Shown: positions 49,708 through 62,517, counted from the stretch's first letter. The stretch: 64,000 nt of DNA from Cetorhinus maximus (GCF_964194155.1 NC_135894.1:60078001-60142000); one strand, 5' to 3'. Program-made: numbers and translations. The notes: generated from the letters alone by a model not told the origin.

Positions 49708-51025
49708 GTGCACAGCACTGGAGGCATTGGTGCAGGAGGTGGACAGAAGGATTGACATTCTCTTTCTCCAAAGGACCAGAAGAATCTCCAAACAAACACT
49801 GTGAAGGCATTGGGAGCAGACAGCCATCAGTCAATGCCTTCAGTGAAGCCCCAAGGATCTGAATACAGTGCCACAAAAAGCTCAATGACTTCATCTGAAT
49901 GGTCAAGGTCAGTGAATGCATCTTCAAAGGCCATATTTTTGCATACTGGATCACATGCTTCCCCATTCTCCACACACCCTTCACTTACCTACCTATTAAC
50001 AATGACTCACATACACAGCTTCACCACATCCGCACACGTTTAGTACTGTTGAAAACCTCACACCCACATCTCCCAGGCTTCATAAGCTTATTCAACTAGG
50101 ACAGAGATATTACCCAAACTTATTGCACCACTAACTGAAACAATTCCCTTCCTCTTGCAAGACAAGATGGTGCACAACCGCAGGCAGCAGAGGACAGGCA
50201 CAGCTGCATGTCTTCACCCCAGTGGAGGAGACATTGCTTAATTGCCATCACTGGAACAAGTATGACTTAGGCTGTGACCAGGAGCTGGGTTGAAACCATT
50301 AAAAATGACATTGTGCTCATACCTAATCTCCTTCTCACATCCTTCTTCCCTCTATCCAACAAATCTCTTCCGATTTACAAGTTGCACATGGTTTCAGCAT
50401 GCACCTCTTACTTACCCCTCCCCTTTCCACAAGCCTACCATTGTTCCTTTCTCCTTTCAGATACTGAAGAATTACAACCTGGTCAGGCAGTGGTGCAGGA
50501 GCATGAAGTCGAAGAGGAAGAAGAGACTGGTGATGAAGAAACACCTTCACTCAGTCTCACACTCAGAGCCACCATCTCAGATACTGGCACTACATGTACT
50601 TTAGAGGGTAGCTTAGAGGTGGAATCTGCAATTGGTGAGTCATCTGACACAAATGGCCTGCAGCCAGGGCAGGGAGCAATGGTAGCAAGTTGCTAGCTTG
50701 CTGGAAATTGGAGTGCACATGAATTCTGCGGAGGATTCAGATGAGGGCTTCGATTGGACACCTTACTGAAAAAGGCTGAAAAATGCTTGGTGCATTAGAG
50801 GCCTGCCAGAAAGCCTGCAGAAACTGTCAGGGTTTTTCACAGAGCTTGGAGCCTATCCTTTCCAGCAATGGACAACTTCATTACCATACTTGTGGACCCA
50901 ACCATAATGCAGCATCTGGTAACCAATGTCTCAGCTTCCATTGCAACACAAACAGAAGCCACCCAACAAAAGGCTGCTGCAGTGCATGCTCAAACTGAAG
51001 TCTGAGTCAAAATTGCAAGCTTGAC
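49708..51025 (+). pseudogene. Older Harbinger Myb-gene remnant
   Basis: ALEALVQEVDRRIDILF...QCHKKLNDF..VK|gtcagt, then DKMVHNRRQQR and an acidic exon-3-like segment after tttcag. Confidence 0.7.
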
Positions 51026-52669
51026 CATTTAACAAGAGTAGGGCTGATCTTCTACCTTCAGCACCATTCATTAGCTCCCATAGTAGCCAAAAATCTAATC
51101 TACCTCTGTCTTGAATATACTGAACAGCTGAGTATTCACCGCTCTCTGGGGTAGGGAGTTCCAAAGATTCAGAACCCTTTGAGTGAAGAAAATTCTCACA
51201 TCTCTGTCCTAAATGGCTGACCCCTTATTCATAGACTATTACTTCAGGTTCTAGATTCCCTAGCCAGGGGAAACATTTCCTCAGGATCTACCTTGCCAAA
51301 TCCCTTAAGGATCTTATGTGTTTCAATTAGATTACCTCACATTCTTCCAAACTCAGAGATTATAGGCGTGGATTACTCAATCTCTTCTCATAGGACAATC
51401 CCTTCATCTCAGGGACCAGTCTAGTGAACCTTCATTGCACTCCCTCAAGGACAAGTATGGCCTTCCTTCCGATAAAGGGACCATGGTTGCACATGGTACT
51501 TCAGAGGTGCTCTCACCAGTGTCGCTCATATTTGTAGACACTTCTTTACTCTTACACTATAATTCTTTTGTAACAAAAGGTAACATACTATTTGTCTTCC
51601 GAATTGTTCCTAATGTACGTACACATTAACTTCTGTGATTTATGTACAAGGACACCTAGGTCCCTCAGAATGGAAACGTTTCCCAGGCTTTTCCCTTTGA
51701 AAACTTTTTATTTTTCTACCACAGTGGAAAACTTCAAATATCGCTACATTGTATTTCATCTGCCATGCTCATGCCCACTCTCCCAAATTGTCAATATCCC
51801 TCTGCAGCCTCTGTGTCCACCCCAATGCTCACCTTCCCACCAAACTTTGTATCATCAGAAAATTGTATATGTTACTTTAATTCTCTAATCTAAGTCATTA
51901 ACAAGCTGAGGCACAAGTATCAATCCTGGTAGTACCCCACTAGTTACAGCCTGCCAACTGAAAAATGTTCTGTCCATTCCTATTCTCCGTTTTCTATCCA
52001 TTAAGCAGTCCTTAATCCATGTTAATATATTACCCACAATCCCATGAATCTTAATGTTGCGGAATAACCGCTTCTGGCCTTATCAAATGCTTTTTGAAAC
52101 TCCAAATACACAACGTCCACTGGTTCCCTCTTATCTATCTTTGTCAAAAACAATTTTCCTTTCATAAATCCATTTTGACTCTGTTTAATCATATTATGAT
52201 TTTTCTAAGTGCCCTGTTACCACATCCCTAATAATAGATTCTAGCATTTTGCCTACTACTGACTTTGGCTAACTGGCCTACAGTTCACCATTTTCTCTTT
52301 CTCCTTTCTTAACTAGCGAAGTTGCATTCGTTACTTCCCAATCCTTGGGAACCATATGAGAATTCAAAAGAATTCTGGGAGATCAAAACTAATGCATCAA
52401 TTATCTCTCCATCAATTGGCAAAATTGTCCCAGATTTGTAGTAAGTGCAGTAGTGGGCAGGTAAAATGACGTTTTCTCCACCAGCTGCAATGGCAGCTGT
52501 TAACGCCGTATTGTCCAAAACCCAGCGTATTAATTATGCATTCCCAGGAAACACACCATTTCCATTCACCTGCCACGCCATCAACTCTCTACTTCAGCAT
52601 GCCGAGCGCCATATTTAAAGTCCAGCCCCATGCACACATCTCAGTGATTCCAGCCCACGATTGCTTCAA

Positions 52670-54371
52670 AGACGTGGCCCTGAAACGCAAAAAGACTGCA
52701 GCCTCCACGTTCAATGACGCCTTTTGGATGCAGTGGAGGCTTGCCGTGATGTTCTCTACTCCCTCTCTGGCAGCAGGATGGGCAGCAGCCTCACCAATCC
52801 GGCTCGGGAGGCGGTGGCAGCGGTGGTCAGCAGCAACGTCCTTCAAAACAGAACAGCCACCCAGTGCCGCAAGAGGATGAATGATCTCCTCTATTCCGGC
52901 CAGGGTAAGTCACTCTTCTCATCACTCTCAACTCACACACTCACAAACACATCACACATCCACAGGGCCCTCACTCACTGCCAGTTCAAGGGACATTGCA
53001 ATTCACTCTCTCACACACATCTTCATTGTCCTCAGCCCATCCATAGGACCACTCACCACCCACAGAGGCCAAGCATACTTAACATCTGGCCTGGCAGGCG
53101 TCCTGCTCACACTCTCTCCATCTCTATTCATGCAGGACAAGCTGGCACACAACAGGGAAAGGTAACAGACTGGTGGAGGAATGCCTGAAATCAAGGTCCT
53201 CATGGACTTTGAAAACAGAATCATCCAGCTGGCCAGTGAGGGTTTGGACTATTCCTGTGCTAATGGTGAGGTCGGTGGTGCTCTACCAAATGAGGATCCC
53301 GCAGCGCAACATACATCGGACAACCATGCTGTGACTGATGTGTCCTGTTTCCCAGGCCACTGCCATTCACTAATTATCTCTCCTAACTTCCGCAGGCACA
53401 TCTGGGAAACAGCCAACAAAGTCCATGACCCAGAGCCTCCAATCAAGCCCCAAAGAAGCCTCTGAAGAGGAATCTGGAGGCACCCTCCTTGAAGCCCCAT
53501 CACAGCGCTCCCCTACGCCTTCCACCAGTGCACAGACACACACCTCGGTGTGACCTAGCTTTAGAGTAGCCTCAGGATCACAATCTAGTGAACACATCGC
53601 ACTATCTGATCCACAGCAGGCAGTGGCAGGGACTTCCCAGGTCTCCAGCACTTGGAGGACTGCTGGAGGCCAGATGTTTGCTGAATCCGAGTCAGATGAC
53701 GAGCCTCTGGACTCATTCATGTCACAGTTGCTGGAGCTGCAAAGGAAAGCTCAGGAACATCAGGAATGGATGTCCGTTGCACTCCTCAGATTGCAAGGCA
53801 CAATGGGGGAGTCTGTCTGCCTTCAGGCTGAGGTGAAAGCGCCGGCATACCAACACACTGGGGTCAACACTGGTTGGATGGCAGCCGCCATAGAGACATT
53901 GGTCCAGGACATTGGTCCTGCACTGCTGTGCGGCTCAACTCCATTGCTGATGCCATAGGTGGCCTCCAACAGTGTGTACGTGAGAGTGGTGCAGGACAGC
54001 TCAATCTCACTCCAGCTACCCCTTCTCCTCAAGGAGTCAGCCAGGGGCCCATGGGCGCCCAAAGGGAGGAGGGTCAGCAGGTGTACCCCCCCCCCCCCAC
54101 CCCACCCAGGGCCATTCATCCAGGTGACTCCAGGACTGTGTGGCCCATCTGAATCCCCTTTCCTGTGACCTCAGCAGCTCCAGCTCCACAGGTCCAGCAG
54201 AGTGCCACTTCCACACAGCAGGACCCCAAAAGCAGGTCGGGGCCCTCCAGCTCTCAGCCCTCCAGAGGACGCCTGCCAAGGTCATCACAGACAGGGCATC
54301 ACACCTCCGCTGTGGATGGCCGGGAAGCACCAAGACGTAGCAGCAGGGTTAGGAAAGTTAAGAAGATGTAG
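52670..54371 (+). pseudogene. Harbinger Myb/SANT-like gene, three exons, decayed
   Basis: RTATQCRKRMNDLL...|gtaagt; catgcag|DKLAHNRER; ccgcag|exon 3 with SQLLELQRKAQEHQE; basic end PRRSSRVRKVKKM*. Confidence 0.88.
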
Positions 54372-55349
54372 TTGCACAGCCTGGGCAGATGTGTTAATCA
54401 CTTGTACATACTGTCAATATAAACTCCCAAGAATGGCTCCCTGCCTATGGCTCCTTGTTCAGATGAGTAGTGTTCTTGTCACTTAGATGTGAAACCTTTC
54501 TGCACAAGATAAAGGCAGGTGTCTCAGCCCAGGGCCTCTTCCCTGTGCTCTGTGCAGCCTTCAGGCCAAAGTGATGGTCCAGCTTCACACTCCCTGGGCA
54601 CGTTACTGATGCCTGTGCCTCAACAGTGCTTGTCATTGCTGCCAGAATGTTGTGGGTAGGCGTCCCAGTCACCATCACCTTCGAGGACCTCCTCACCCTC
54701 ATCCCCGTCGGTGTCCTCCTCATCAGAGGAGAACTCCAGCTCCGCCATCTCCTACTCAGCCAGTTCCTCTCCCCATTGCATCGCCAGGTTGTAATGGCCC
54801 AGCAGGTGTACAGAGTACCATCATTCTGTGTGCTCTCAGCACCTTTATGGTGGGGCTGCCCCGCATCTCTCCCGCATCTGTGACCAGTGATGCTGTGCTC
54901 CTGAAGGGGTCAGGTGCTGAAGGCTGACAAAGGATCAGGTGCTTTTAAAGTTTCATAGCTGTGTCTCTATGATATGACCCTGATTGCAGAGCACAAGTGA
55001 GCTGCCCTTGGCCAGACAGGAGTCAGACATTCTCAGAGGCTTTGTGAAGGTCTATGGAGTCCTCATTGCATGTCATCATCATCCTCCTTCAATCGAGCGA
55101 CTATTAGGGCCTCCACTGCATCTCCATAACAGGAGCATTCTCACAGAGGGTATGTGCATTGCCATAATCCAGACTGGAGTTAAACATTCACTGCTGCAAT
55201 GTGGACGGTTCATCACTTTGGTCTGAAGGCTGCACAGAGCACAGGGAAGAGGTCCTGGATTGAGACACCTGTCTTTATCTTGTGCAGAAAAGTTTCACAT
55301 CTGAGTTACAAGAACACTGCTCATCAGAACAAGGAGCTATGGTGACTCC

Positions 55350-56576
55350 TCACTGTATGTTGCCATCATCCTCCACAAATCTAGGAGCTGTGAAGGCCTC
55401 GCGAGCATGCCTGCCTGGTATGGCCAGTGTGAGGGCCTCATCCCAGTCATCATCACCTTCGAGGACCTCCTCACCCTTGTCTCCGTCAGCGTCCTCCTCA
55501 TCGAGGCAGAACTCCAGCTCCTCCATCTCCTGCTCAGCCAGTTCCTCTCCCCATTGCAATGCCAGGCTGTAAAGGGCACAGCGGACGACGACGGTGCGCA
55601 AGACCCTCTGCAGGCTGTATTGCAGCGCTCCACCAGACCGGTCCAGGCACCGGAACTTCATTTTCAGCCTGCTCCAACAAGTTGCAAGTTGCAGCTTAAG
55701 TCTCATTATACTTTCGCTCTGCTGCAGTCTGAAGCCGCCGTACAGGTATCATCAGCCAAGTCTTCTGCAGATAGCCCTTGTCCCAGAGGGAGCCATCCCT
55801 GCAGCTTCTGTGGACCTTAGAAGACTTCAGGGATCTGTGACCGACTGAGAACGTAGGAGTCGTGCACAGTCTCTGGAGATCATGTGTGGACCTGCAGGAT
55901 ACGATTGTGGTGGTCGCACACCAACTGTGCATTCAGCAAATGGAATCCCTTGTGGTTGACATAGTTGACCGCATCTTGTGATGGAGATCTGAGAGCCACG
56001 TGAGTGGAGTTGATGGCGTCCTGCACCTGTGGGAAACCTGAGATCTGGGCAAATCCAATCATTCTTGCATCCTGGCTGTCCTGGTCCTGGGCAAAATGCA
56101 CAAAGCGATGTGTCCTTGCGAAGATGGCATCCGTGACCTCATTTGTGGGTGGAGGCTTGTGAGATCCCACAAACGTCACCTGTGGAGCCCTGAAATGAGT
56201 CACTGGCATAGAAATTGAGCGCTGCAATCACTTTCACAGCCACTGGCAGTGGATGGCCTCCCCGTTGCACCAAACCCTGCAGTAGCTGGCAGATGTGACC
56301 AACTAGTTCCCTAGACATGCGCAGTCTTCGGCAACACTGGTTGTTGGTTATCTGCAGGAATGAAAGATGTTGTCAATAGACCCTGGGTCCAGCTAGGCGC
56401 CGACCAGCGACAGCTCGCCATGGCTCTTTGACAGCATTTGTGGGAATCCCAGCCACCCCTTCTTCCAGAGGGTGCTGCTCCTCACTCCGCGCAGCCAGGT
56501 GCCTCCATCGCTCTCTGCTCAGTCATCTTCACTCTCTGAAAGTCACGAGGCATAGAGCTTGATCACCAGGCTCCAT
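55350..56576 (-). pseudogene. HARBI1-like DDE transposase, frameshifted
   Basis: GFPQVQDAINSTHVAL, NHKGFHLLNAQLVCDH, DKGYLQKTWLMIP, LKMKFRCLDRSGGALQY and an acidic tail. Confidence 0.92.
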
Positions 56577-57259
56577 GATCCTGATGTATTCCTCCTGTAG
56601 GATGAAATAGAGAGACACATGGGTTAGCATGAGTGTCCTAAGAACCTGTCTTACTTAAGTCTTGAAGGCCCCTTAACGCATCCCAGAGAGTTCTGGCCAC
56701 CACCTGGGTGGCCAGAGATTAATGCACTGCATGGCTGCCTGAAACCCCACCCACCACTGCCCCACTCCACCCGACCGATTGGCGGCAGCTTTGCCCATTG
56801 GACTGCATGCTGCAGTCTCAGCTCAGATGCATGCATTCTCCTAACCCGCACTGGAAATCTACACTGTTAGCTTGAACCATGGGAGACACTGGTCTAAACC
56901 CAAATGATGACATTGCAATGATCTGTGAGCTTCTCCACCAGTGACTGCTCCATGGCCATTAGCTAGGAGATTGTACAATGTGCCCAGTTGTCCAACTGTT
57001 CTGCAGTTGACTAAAATGCACATCACTTTGCAGTCTGTACCCGAGAGCACTTGGTGGCACTTTGATGCCTCTGCATTGCTTGAGTGGGCAGATAAACTAG
57101 AAGCCTGACTCCAATCATATCAATGTGGCTGTGCCTGAACTCTCTCAGCTGCAGAGGAATGGTCACCTTATGCAAGGTTTCCCTAATGTGTGGCCACTTC
57201 CCTCGCCCACTTCCCACCCCTACAACCCCACACATGCTTGTGTGCTACCTTCAACCACA

Positions 57260-57592
57260 GGTAGCCCTTGCCCTACACCACCCCAATGTACCTCAACCGC
57301 AGCACAGCCCTTGCCTCACACCCAACACTCCGCAACTGCAGGGTAGTCCTTTCCCCCTCAATGCACCTCAACCACAGGGTAGCCCTTGTCCCCCCCCCCA
57401 ACATGCCTCAATTGCAGGGCAGCCCTTGCCCCCCCCCAACATGCCTCAATTGCAGGGCAGCCCTTGCCCCCACCCCCCCACCCACCCCCCACAACATGTC
57501 TCAACCACAGGGCAGCCCTTGCCCAGCCCCCCCCAATGCGCCTCAACTGCAGGGCAGACCTTGCCACCACCCCCCACCCAACGGGCCTCAAC
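57260..57592 (+). repeat. Minisatellite, ~8 imperfect units of ~35-47 bp with variable C-runs
   Basis: Unit approximately cagcccttgcc(c)n-aacatgcctcaactgcaggg, tandemly repeated. Confidence 0.85.
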
Positions 57593-58164
57593 CTTGACGT
57601 CCAACAGGTGACCCGGGCAAGCACTCTGCAACCTTACTATGTACTCACCTCTGAGTTCCCCTCAAAGTGGAGCCCACCAAGTGCACGCCTTTAATATGCT
57701 GTTGTGAATCAAGCTGACGTGGACAGACGATCCAGTGGGGAAATGCGGCCTGCCATTGGCGGGTGGAGCAGACAATCGCAAACTACTTTCATGATGTTGT
57801 GAAACTGATTTTTGGCCTTCTTGTCATATTGTCCACTCATGCCACTGAACACGCCCGACGTCAGCAGGCATGGACAATTCCAACCTCTCTCTTTTAGAAC
57901 CCAAGGATGCCAGTCATCAAGTCCAGGCTATTTTTCACCACTTAGTTCAATTAATTTCTCCAATACTATTTCTTTACCTATAATAAGTTCTTGAAGTTCC
58001 TCATTCTTACTGGACCCTTGGTTCCCCATTATTTATGTGTCTTGTGTCTTCTACCATGAAGGCAATGTATTTGCTCAATGTCTCTGCCATATCCTTATTC
58101 ACCATTATAATTTCACCAGTCTCTGCCTTTAATTCACCCGTATTTACCTTGGCCCTACAGAAAG

Positions 58165-58590
58165 TGAGTCAGGGGAATTAATATGGGAAGATAAGGTGAA
58201 TTGAATAGCTATTTTGCATAGGTATTCACTATCGAGGACACAAGTACTATCCCAGAAATAGCTGCAAATCAGTAATTGGAATGGAGGGAGGAATTCAAGA
58301 AAATTACAATCACCAGGGAAGTGGTATTTAGCAAATTGTTGGAACTGCAGCTTGACAAGTTCCCAGGTCCTGATGGATTTCATCCTAGAGTCTCAAAAGA
58401 AGTGGCTAGTGAGATAGTTGATTCGTTGATTTTAATTTTCCAGAATTCACTAGATTTGGGGAAGTTTCCATTCGATTGGAAACTAGCTAATGTAACTCCT
58501 TTATTCAAAAACAGAGGGAGTCAGAAAGCAGGAAACTATAGGCCAGTTAGCTTAAAATCTGTCATAGGGAAGATGTTAGAAGCTATTATT
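58165..58590 (+). mobile_element. CR1 LINE RT fragment
   Basis: KFPGPDGFHPRVSKEVASEIVD...DWKLANVTPLFK...GNYRPVSL. Confidence 0.9.
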
Positions 58591-58599
58591 GCCTGATTG

Positions 58600-59010
58600 A
58601 TTACCTTGAATTTATCTAAGTGCCCTGTTATAACGCCTTTAATAATAACCAGGCAGCTTGACCCTGATTGGTCAAGGCACTGCCCTGAGGAATGAGTCAG
58701 TGAAAGGCTGTCACTTATTTTGTCTAGCTGAAACAGGTGCAACGTATGTACATGTTCTTTCTGTCTGCAAAGAATCAGGGTCAAGCTGTCTGGATTAAAT
58801 TTCAACAATGCCTGGCAGTTAACAGTCAGTCACCATCAATGGTGCATTCTCCATAGCAACGCCACTTGCCAACCAATCAACACTCTCTTCACGTACAGTA
58901 TAAATTGTTTTTCCCCCTTATATTTGTATTCTTGCAAATGTCCTGATGAGAGCAAGACGAAAAGTTTAGACGTCTCTTTTTCAGCAATTCTCAAATTCTG
59001 TACTACCAAA
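58600..59010. mobile_element. Second Penelope-like family fragment with inverted structure and a degenerate hammerhead
   Basis: Minus-strand ILCRQKEHVHTLHLF resembles recalled PLE ORF C-termini. The plus strand has CCAAT and TATAAA followed by tgtc-CTGATGA-gagcaagac-GAAA-agtt-ta-gacg (58939-58972). Confidence 0.55.
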
Positions 59011-59514
59011 AAAAAAGGTTTTCTTGAGTCAAAGAAAAAGCAAATTTATGAACTGCTAAATCCAAGAAAAATAGTAAAATTGTGACATCAAGCATTCGGC
59101 CTTCATGCAGTCATTAGGACACACACACACATATACACCAGAAATAAGGGGAGTTAGAGTCCAATAAAAGGAAGGTAAAGGAATATATAGTTAAGTGTCC
59201 TTTGATTGTCCTTGAGGCATAAATTTCAAACTCTGTGGCTGATTTGGGTTAGCTGTTTTCTTGGATGGGGTCAGATGTAGAAGATGTTGCAATTATTAAG
59301 AGATCTCAGTGCATTGGCAGGTTTCTGGTAGAGTTGGCTTCTTGAACCGGGTAACAAGCTCATTCCAAAAGAGAGAGGGAGGCAGCAAACAGCCCTCAGT
59401 TTGTTTCCTCTGCTGAAAGTTTTCTTGACACCGCCTGTGTCACTTACAGCCTGTCTCTTTCTAGTGGCCGACAGCATTGCCTTGAAATACTTCACCCATT
59501 GTGTATTTCCAAGG

Positions 59515-59860
59515 GGTTTTTCAAGGTTCTAGATTCTCCCATAAAAGCAAACATCCTCTCCACACCCACCATGTCAAGGCCCCTTAGGGCCTTATGTGTT
59601 TCAATCAAGTCACCTCTTACACTTTCAAACTCCAGCAGACATAAGACTATCCCGTCCACCCTTTACTCATAAGACAACTCATTTATGGTTAGGCTAATTA
59701 AATACCAAATTAGAGAGGTTATGCTTCATTTCTACAGAGCACTAGTGAGGCCACATTTGGAGTACTGCATACAGTGTTGTTCACCTTACTTAAGGAAGTA
59801 TGTAAATATGTTGGAAGCAGTTCAGAGAAGGTTTAGCAGACAAACACCTGGAATGGGTAA
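59515..59860. mobile_element. Two adjacent CR1 fragments in opposite orientations
   Basis: Minus-strand piece at about 59515-59680; plus-strand REVMLHFYRALVRPHLEYCIQ...LEAVQRRF at 59690-59860. Confidence 0.8.
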
Positions 59861-61739
59861 ATTGACTGTGTCAGCCATTGTTTCAATACCCAGTGCTTTG
59901 AATTTTTAATATCTCTTCCTTATACAGTTACGAGTTTCGATGGTGGTCTGGATTATAGGAAGTCTCTCTCTCTTCACACTCCCCTGAGGGTAATTTATTT
60001 GTTTCTCACCCTCACCTTGGAATTTGGCCTTGCATTTTTAAGCAGTTTGCTCTGTCTCAGTTCAATTTGCAAAAGTTCCAGTTACTTGAAAAATCCTATT
60101 TTCAAGAATAAAGGGGCATAGGCTTGTTACAGTAGTAAAATTGTTCCCTGAAGGCGCTGAGTGGTTTTGGCCTCTTGTTGAGAGACCTTCTCTCCCTCAT
60201 CATCCTCCCTTTTTGAGAAGTTTGTCCTCCTCTGTGTCGGCCTCATTCTCCTGGTCATGCTGTAGGCCAAGGGGATAGAAACTGCTGCAGCCAAGTCTGG
60301 AAGCAAATGATCTAAGGAAAGCCCTTGAAGTCAGAACCAAAGCCTTCACCACGTGCCATACTTCAGCAACTTTAAATAGCAGTACAAGCTACCAAGCATT
60401 TCTATTAACTTAACAGCAGCGCATAGAAATCAATCAGCAACTAACCTGAAAGTAATTGATGATTTCTTTAAATAGCACTGTTAGAGAGTTCCATCTGCTG
60501 GTGAAGGCATGTTCAGTGTGCGAGGTTAAGACGGGCCATTATTTAGTGTATTCATGTAATAAATGGTACAGCAGACATCCAATCAGTGTTATACGTTGAC
60601 TAACAACACAATCTGCTTACTCTATATACTTTTGGCATATGCTTCCAACATGTGCCTGCCAGATAGGCACTATTTTTGTACCTAAATGGCATCCATAGTG
60701 CTGAAAAAGCAGGTGCTATACAACTTAATTTTGTGGCCTATGTCAGTTACTTGCACTCCTTCATGAACCTTGAAAAACACACCATCATTCAGTGTGACAT
60801 TATCAAGTTGCAATCTGATGCCTGTCAGCTACTATTGCTCACTTTTGCATTGTTGTTCAACCTCTGATTCTTGCCACTTTCTCTAGGACCTTCTTAGTTG
60901 CCACAGGCCATGGAAGACACCTCAGACAGGGAGAATTGTTCAGAAAAGGCACCATCATGTATTACATCACTCTCAAGCACCAGCACAGAGATTGTACCCT
61001 GGCTAGGTTAGAAAGAGCGTTAAAGAGGTGATGTGCCTAGCACTACTGAGCCGGAAGTACTGATAGGGACAGGGACAGATCAGCAGACAGTTCACCAAAG
61101 TTAAATCTTCTTCCAGATTTGCTGTGAAGGAACAAGATGAGGATGTAAGGAGCCCACTTATGACATGAAAACTGCTTGGTTCACACAATCAGTTATTTGA
61201 AAGCCCACCAATGAGTTTCACCACCAAGGCTGACAGTGTGGAAGAGTTTGTTTCCAGCCTGTGTCATGTCATCTTACATGGCATCAGCACTCTGCCATCT
61301 GCCTGGGAGAGCTTGGCTACTTTCAGGACACTGCAGCCAGTCCACCACAGGACTCAATGTTCAGTCTTTGGTGAAGGCTCAAATGGCCCTTGTGCAGGCT
61401 CTTAACTCAAACCCAGTTCTGCCTTGGTGAGACAGGCATCCACCTTGTGTTAATTGTACTTCAATTATGTTTAATTATTTTCAGGCAGAGGGCGTTAATT
61501 CGGATTTCACTTGAACACATATAAAGACATGTATATTGAAACTCTGTGGTTGAGTTAGGGGGTGTATGCTTGTAATGTTTCACTCTGCAAATAAATGGGA
61601 GACTGGTTGAAGTTTGGCTCCAGTGATATCTTTCACCAATTAGATTTCTGAAATAGAACACTTTGAAGTGATTGGTGGAACACATCGATAGTACTTTGAA
61701 AATGCTGCTCATCTTTGGCAGTCAGTTATCCCACAGATA

Positions 61740-62420
61740 ATTGTAATAAGCCTCAGCCCATAGGAGACACAAGTCGCAGTGGGAAAACTGGGAGGTAGGT
61801 CTCATGAACAAGATTCACTGAGAGGGGGCATCAGGGAGAAACTGGAGAAAGGCTTGGGTAAAGGCCTAGAGCAGGGAGGGTGTTTGACTTGGTGGACATT
61901 GGTTAGGGAGTAATGTAGCAGGAGCAGCTTAACAGATGGTTTCAATCTTAATAATAAAGATGTTCAATAACTCCTTGCATGTGCTGGAAAGTGGTTTAAG
62001 GAAATAGAGAAAAGGCCAGGATTGTCTTGCACTGGAAGATGACCCTGGACAGTTTTGTCAGAGGATAATAAGGCTCGATGGTACTTAAAGTTTCTACCTT
62101 TAGATAGCTAAACTAATTGTGTGCCAGATACAATCAACCCTGCCTCTTGACCTGAGAAAATGATGATGGGGCTATACCAGGGGGAAGAGATGTACTTGAT
62201 AAACCCATGAACTATATGTTTCATGAACCTTAGTTATTCTGAGAAATGGATCGAACATCTTGTCCAGAACAAAAATTATCTTATAATTGTGCCATCAGCC
62301 ATGAGCCAAGTTTCAGTCAAAGCCAGGATGTCAAAACAATCATCCACCTGAAGGTCATGGATTGAAAGGGCCTTGTTCATTCATGAATATCCATGCTGGA
62401 GGAAAATACACAGAGCGGCA
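61740..62420 (-). mobile_element. Very old L2-like LINE remnant
   Basis: Endonuclease-like IQVDDCFDILALTETWL on the minus strand near 62300-62360. Confidence 0.5.
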
Positions 62421-62517
62421 GTAATTGCTAATCTGTTTTCAGAATCCAAAAGGGCAGTAGACAGGAAGGAGTTCAGTGAGGTTAATCCCAGTGGGCACAC
62501 TGAATCAGCAAGGCAGT

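Larger units (their letters stand above)
52417..57885. mobile_element. Harbinger transposon copy 4, full length (~5.5 kb)
   Basis: Imperfect TIRs tggcaaaattgtcc / ggacaattccaacc. Both boundaries are confirmed by the interrupted CR1. Myb (+) and transposase (-) are convergent. Confidence 0.9.
51030..58150 (-). mobile_element. CR1 LINE fragment (51030-52416 and 57886-58150) split by Harbinger copy 4
   Basis: CR1 RT remnants (FQKAFDK, SEEIIDALVLISQNS). The CR1 sequence resumes in register after 57885. Confidence 0.8.

Noticed and set aside
57123-57694. Proline-rich ORFs, or a CRISPR-like repeat array
   Set aside because: These are translations of a C-rich minisatellite. The units are contiguous with no unique spacers, and the context is eukaryotic.
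60150-61430. Additional very old Harbinger remnant
   Set aside because: Only faint resemblance to Myb exon 3; no termini or diagnostic motifs that I can support.
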